Source: Felis catus (lineage: Eukaryota). From it: a stretch of 64,000 nucleotides of DNA. Below the pieces are notes generated by a model. That model saw nothing but the letters and a program-made list of their open reading frames with translations. It was not told the origin of the DNA and did no database searches. A program made the translations under genes and the position numbers. Positions 62,448 through 64,000 of this stretch are shown here, piece after piece (within the stretch, counting starts at the first letter, position 1; each line of letters starts with the position of its first letter). Where the stretch lies: NCBI RefSeq assembly GCF_018350175.1, contig NC_058368.1:49663815-49727814 (forward strand), read 5' to 3'.

Positions 62448-62950
62448 CTGTTTGGGGGAAAGGAAAAACAATTCTTCCAAACAAATTCTTCCAAATCAAA
62501 AATCTGAAGACTCTGGTTCCTCATCAGACCAGCATCCCGACCTTACATGCATTAACCAATCATATCATATTACTTAATGAATAAAATAGTATGTGAAACA
62601 AATACTTTGAAACCCTTCATGAAATGGATATTTTTCAGCTGCTCTAAAATAAAACTGTAGTACCAAAAAAATACATCTCATTTCACTGAATACACCAACA
62701 TGCAGTATTAAATCAGCATCCTACAGTGGCGGGGCCACTGGAGTGAGTGGGATCTGGATGAAGGAGAAAAAGGAGATTCCTGATGCTTCCTGGAGGTGCT
62801 AAAAGAGGCTTTTCACCCTCTGACTAGAAATATAGGGTTTTCTAAACACATACTTTGGATCCTATCAGTTTCAATTGGTGTCAGGGGTTCCCACATAACT
62901 TGGGAACCAAGACATGATAATGATATTTAACTGTCAATGAGAAAGTCTGT

Positions 62951-63180
62951 GGAGCACCACCTGGGTGACTCAGTTGGTTGAGCATCCAATTTCAGCTTAG
63001 GTAATGATCTCGTGGATCGTGAGTTCAAGCCCCATGTAGGGTTCTGTGCTGACGGCTCAGAGCCTGGAGCCTGCTTCAGATTCTGTGACTCACTCTCTCT
63101 CTGCCCCTCCCCTGCTCATGCTCTCTCTCTCTCTCTCTCCCCCTCTCAAAAATAAACATCAAAAAAAGAAAAAAAGAAAA
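62951..63180 (+). mobile_element. Intronic CanSINE
   Basis: TSD aaagtctgt. Confidence 0.93.
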
Positions 63181-63210
63181 AGTCTGTAACCATTAATAAA
63201 AGTCATTATA

Positions 63211-63404
63211 GGGATGTCTGGGTGGCTCAGCCATTTAAGCTGGATTTTGGCTCAAATCATGATCTCACTGTACGGGATGGAGCCCTGCATCAGGCTCCAT
63301 GCTGACAGCACAGAGCCTGCTTGGGATTCTCTTTCTCCCTCTGCCCTTCCCCCACTCGCACATGTGCACTCTCTCAAAATAAATAAATAAACTTTTTTTT
63401 TTAA
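63211..63404 (+). mobile_element. Intronic CanSINE
   Basis: TSD aaagtcattata. Confidence 0.92.
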
Positions 63405-63627
63405 AGTCATTATAAAATGGGTCCAAACCCACTTTCCCTAATAAGGAAGTGCTCAATTAATCACCACTGAAGCATCGAGTAATAATATTTCCTTTTTTAA
63501 AGTAGACAATGTTGTCTCTTTCTTTGAATAGGCATATAATTTTCTGTAGGCAGAGGCTAATGGAAGATGAAGTGAACGAAGTCAGTGTTCCTATTCTTGG
63601 AGCAATTACTCTAGAGACTCCTCATTT

Positions 63628-63841
63628 TTAAAAAATTTTTAATGTTAATTTTGAGATAAAGAGAGACACACAGAGCAAGCAGAGGAAGGGCAGAAAGAGA
63701 CAGGAGGATACAGAATCTGAAGCAGGCTCCAGGCTCTGAGCTGTCAGCACAGAGTCCAACGTGGGGCTCGAACCTATGAACTACGATATCATGACCTGAG
63801 CTGAAGTTGGATGCTTACCTGACTGAGCCACCCAGACAGCC
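63628..63841 (-). mobile_element. Intronic CanSINE
   Basis: Degenerate TSD agagactcctcattt/agagatccctcattt. Confidence 0.93.
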
Positions 63842-64000
63842 AAGAGATCCCTCATTTCTAAGGCTTTCTCTCCTAGTCATTCTTGTCAGGGGACTCACCA
63901 TATAGAAACAGAGTTTTAGTGGTCTCTAGTTTGGGGACAGGTGTCATTCTGGAAAATGGGGGGTAAACAGAAACCGAGGAGCCATGAGACGCTTAAGCTC

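Larger units (their letters stand above)
62448..64000 (-). other. TBC1D4: TBC1D4 last intron (partial)
   Basis: Lies upstream of the acceptor AG at 62449-62448; no further exon recognised in the window. Confidence 0.85.

Noticed and set aside
62448..62480. N-terminal [11 protein letters not shown] of the 88-aa ORF
   Set aside because: Intronic polypyrimidine tract read in frame; the real exon starts after the cag acceptor at 62447

Overview
Mammalian genomic DNA, almost certainly from a felid (cat family): it is dense in carnivore tRNA-derived CanSINEs, including three near-pristine young cat-type copies, and carries felid-type L1 3' ends. About 59.8 kb is intergenic and made of transposon fossils (CanSINE, L1, L2, MIR, MaLR/ERV LTRs, hAT and Tigger DNA elements) and microsatellites. 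The only protein-coding sequence I can support is the terminal coding exon of TBC1D4 (AS160, Rab-GAP) on the minus strand (62214-62447), with a ~2.3 kb 3' UTR and part of the last intron. The other ORFs in the track look like chance or repeat-derived frames, apart from one decayed hAT transposase remnant. I found no new gene system. The best leads are: a near-consensus CTCF motif in a CpG-retaining patch (~18.4 kb); an unusually CpG-rich LTR+MER44 block (~45.2-45.9 kb); a ~120 bp twin-primed L1 (31.5 kb); a SINE with a tandemly amplified B-box unit; a young antisense SINE inside the TBC1D4 3' UTR; a duplication of an L1/Charlie junction; and several nested insertions. Repeat family names come from recalled consensus sequences, not a search. 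Boundaries of old repeats are approximate.
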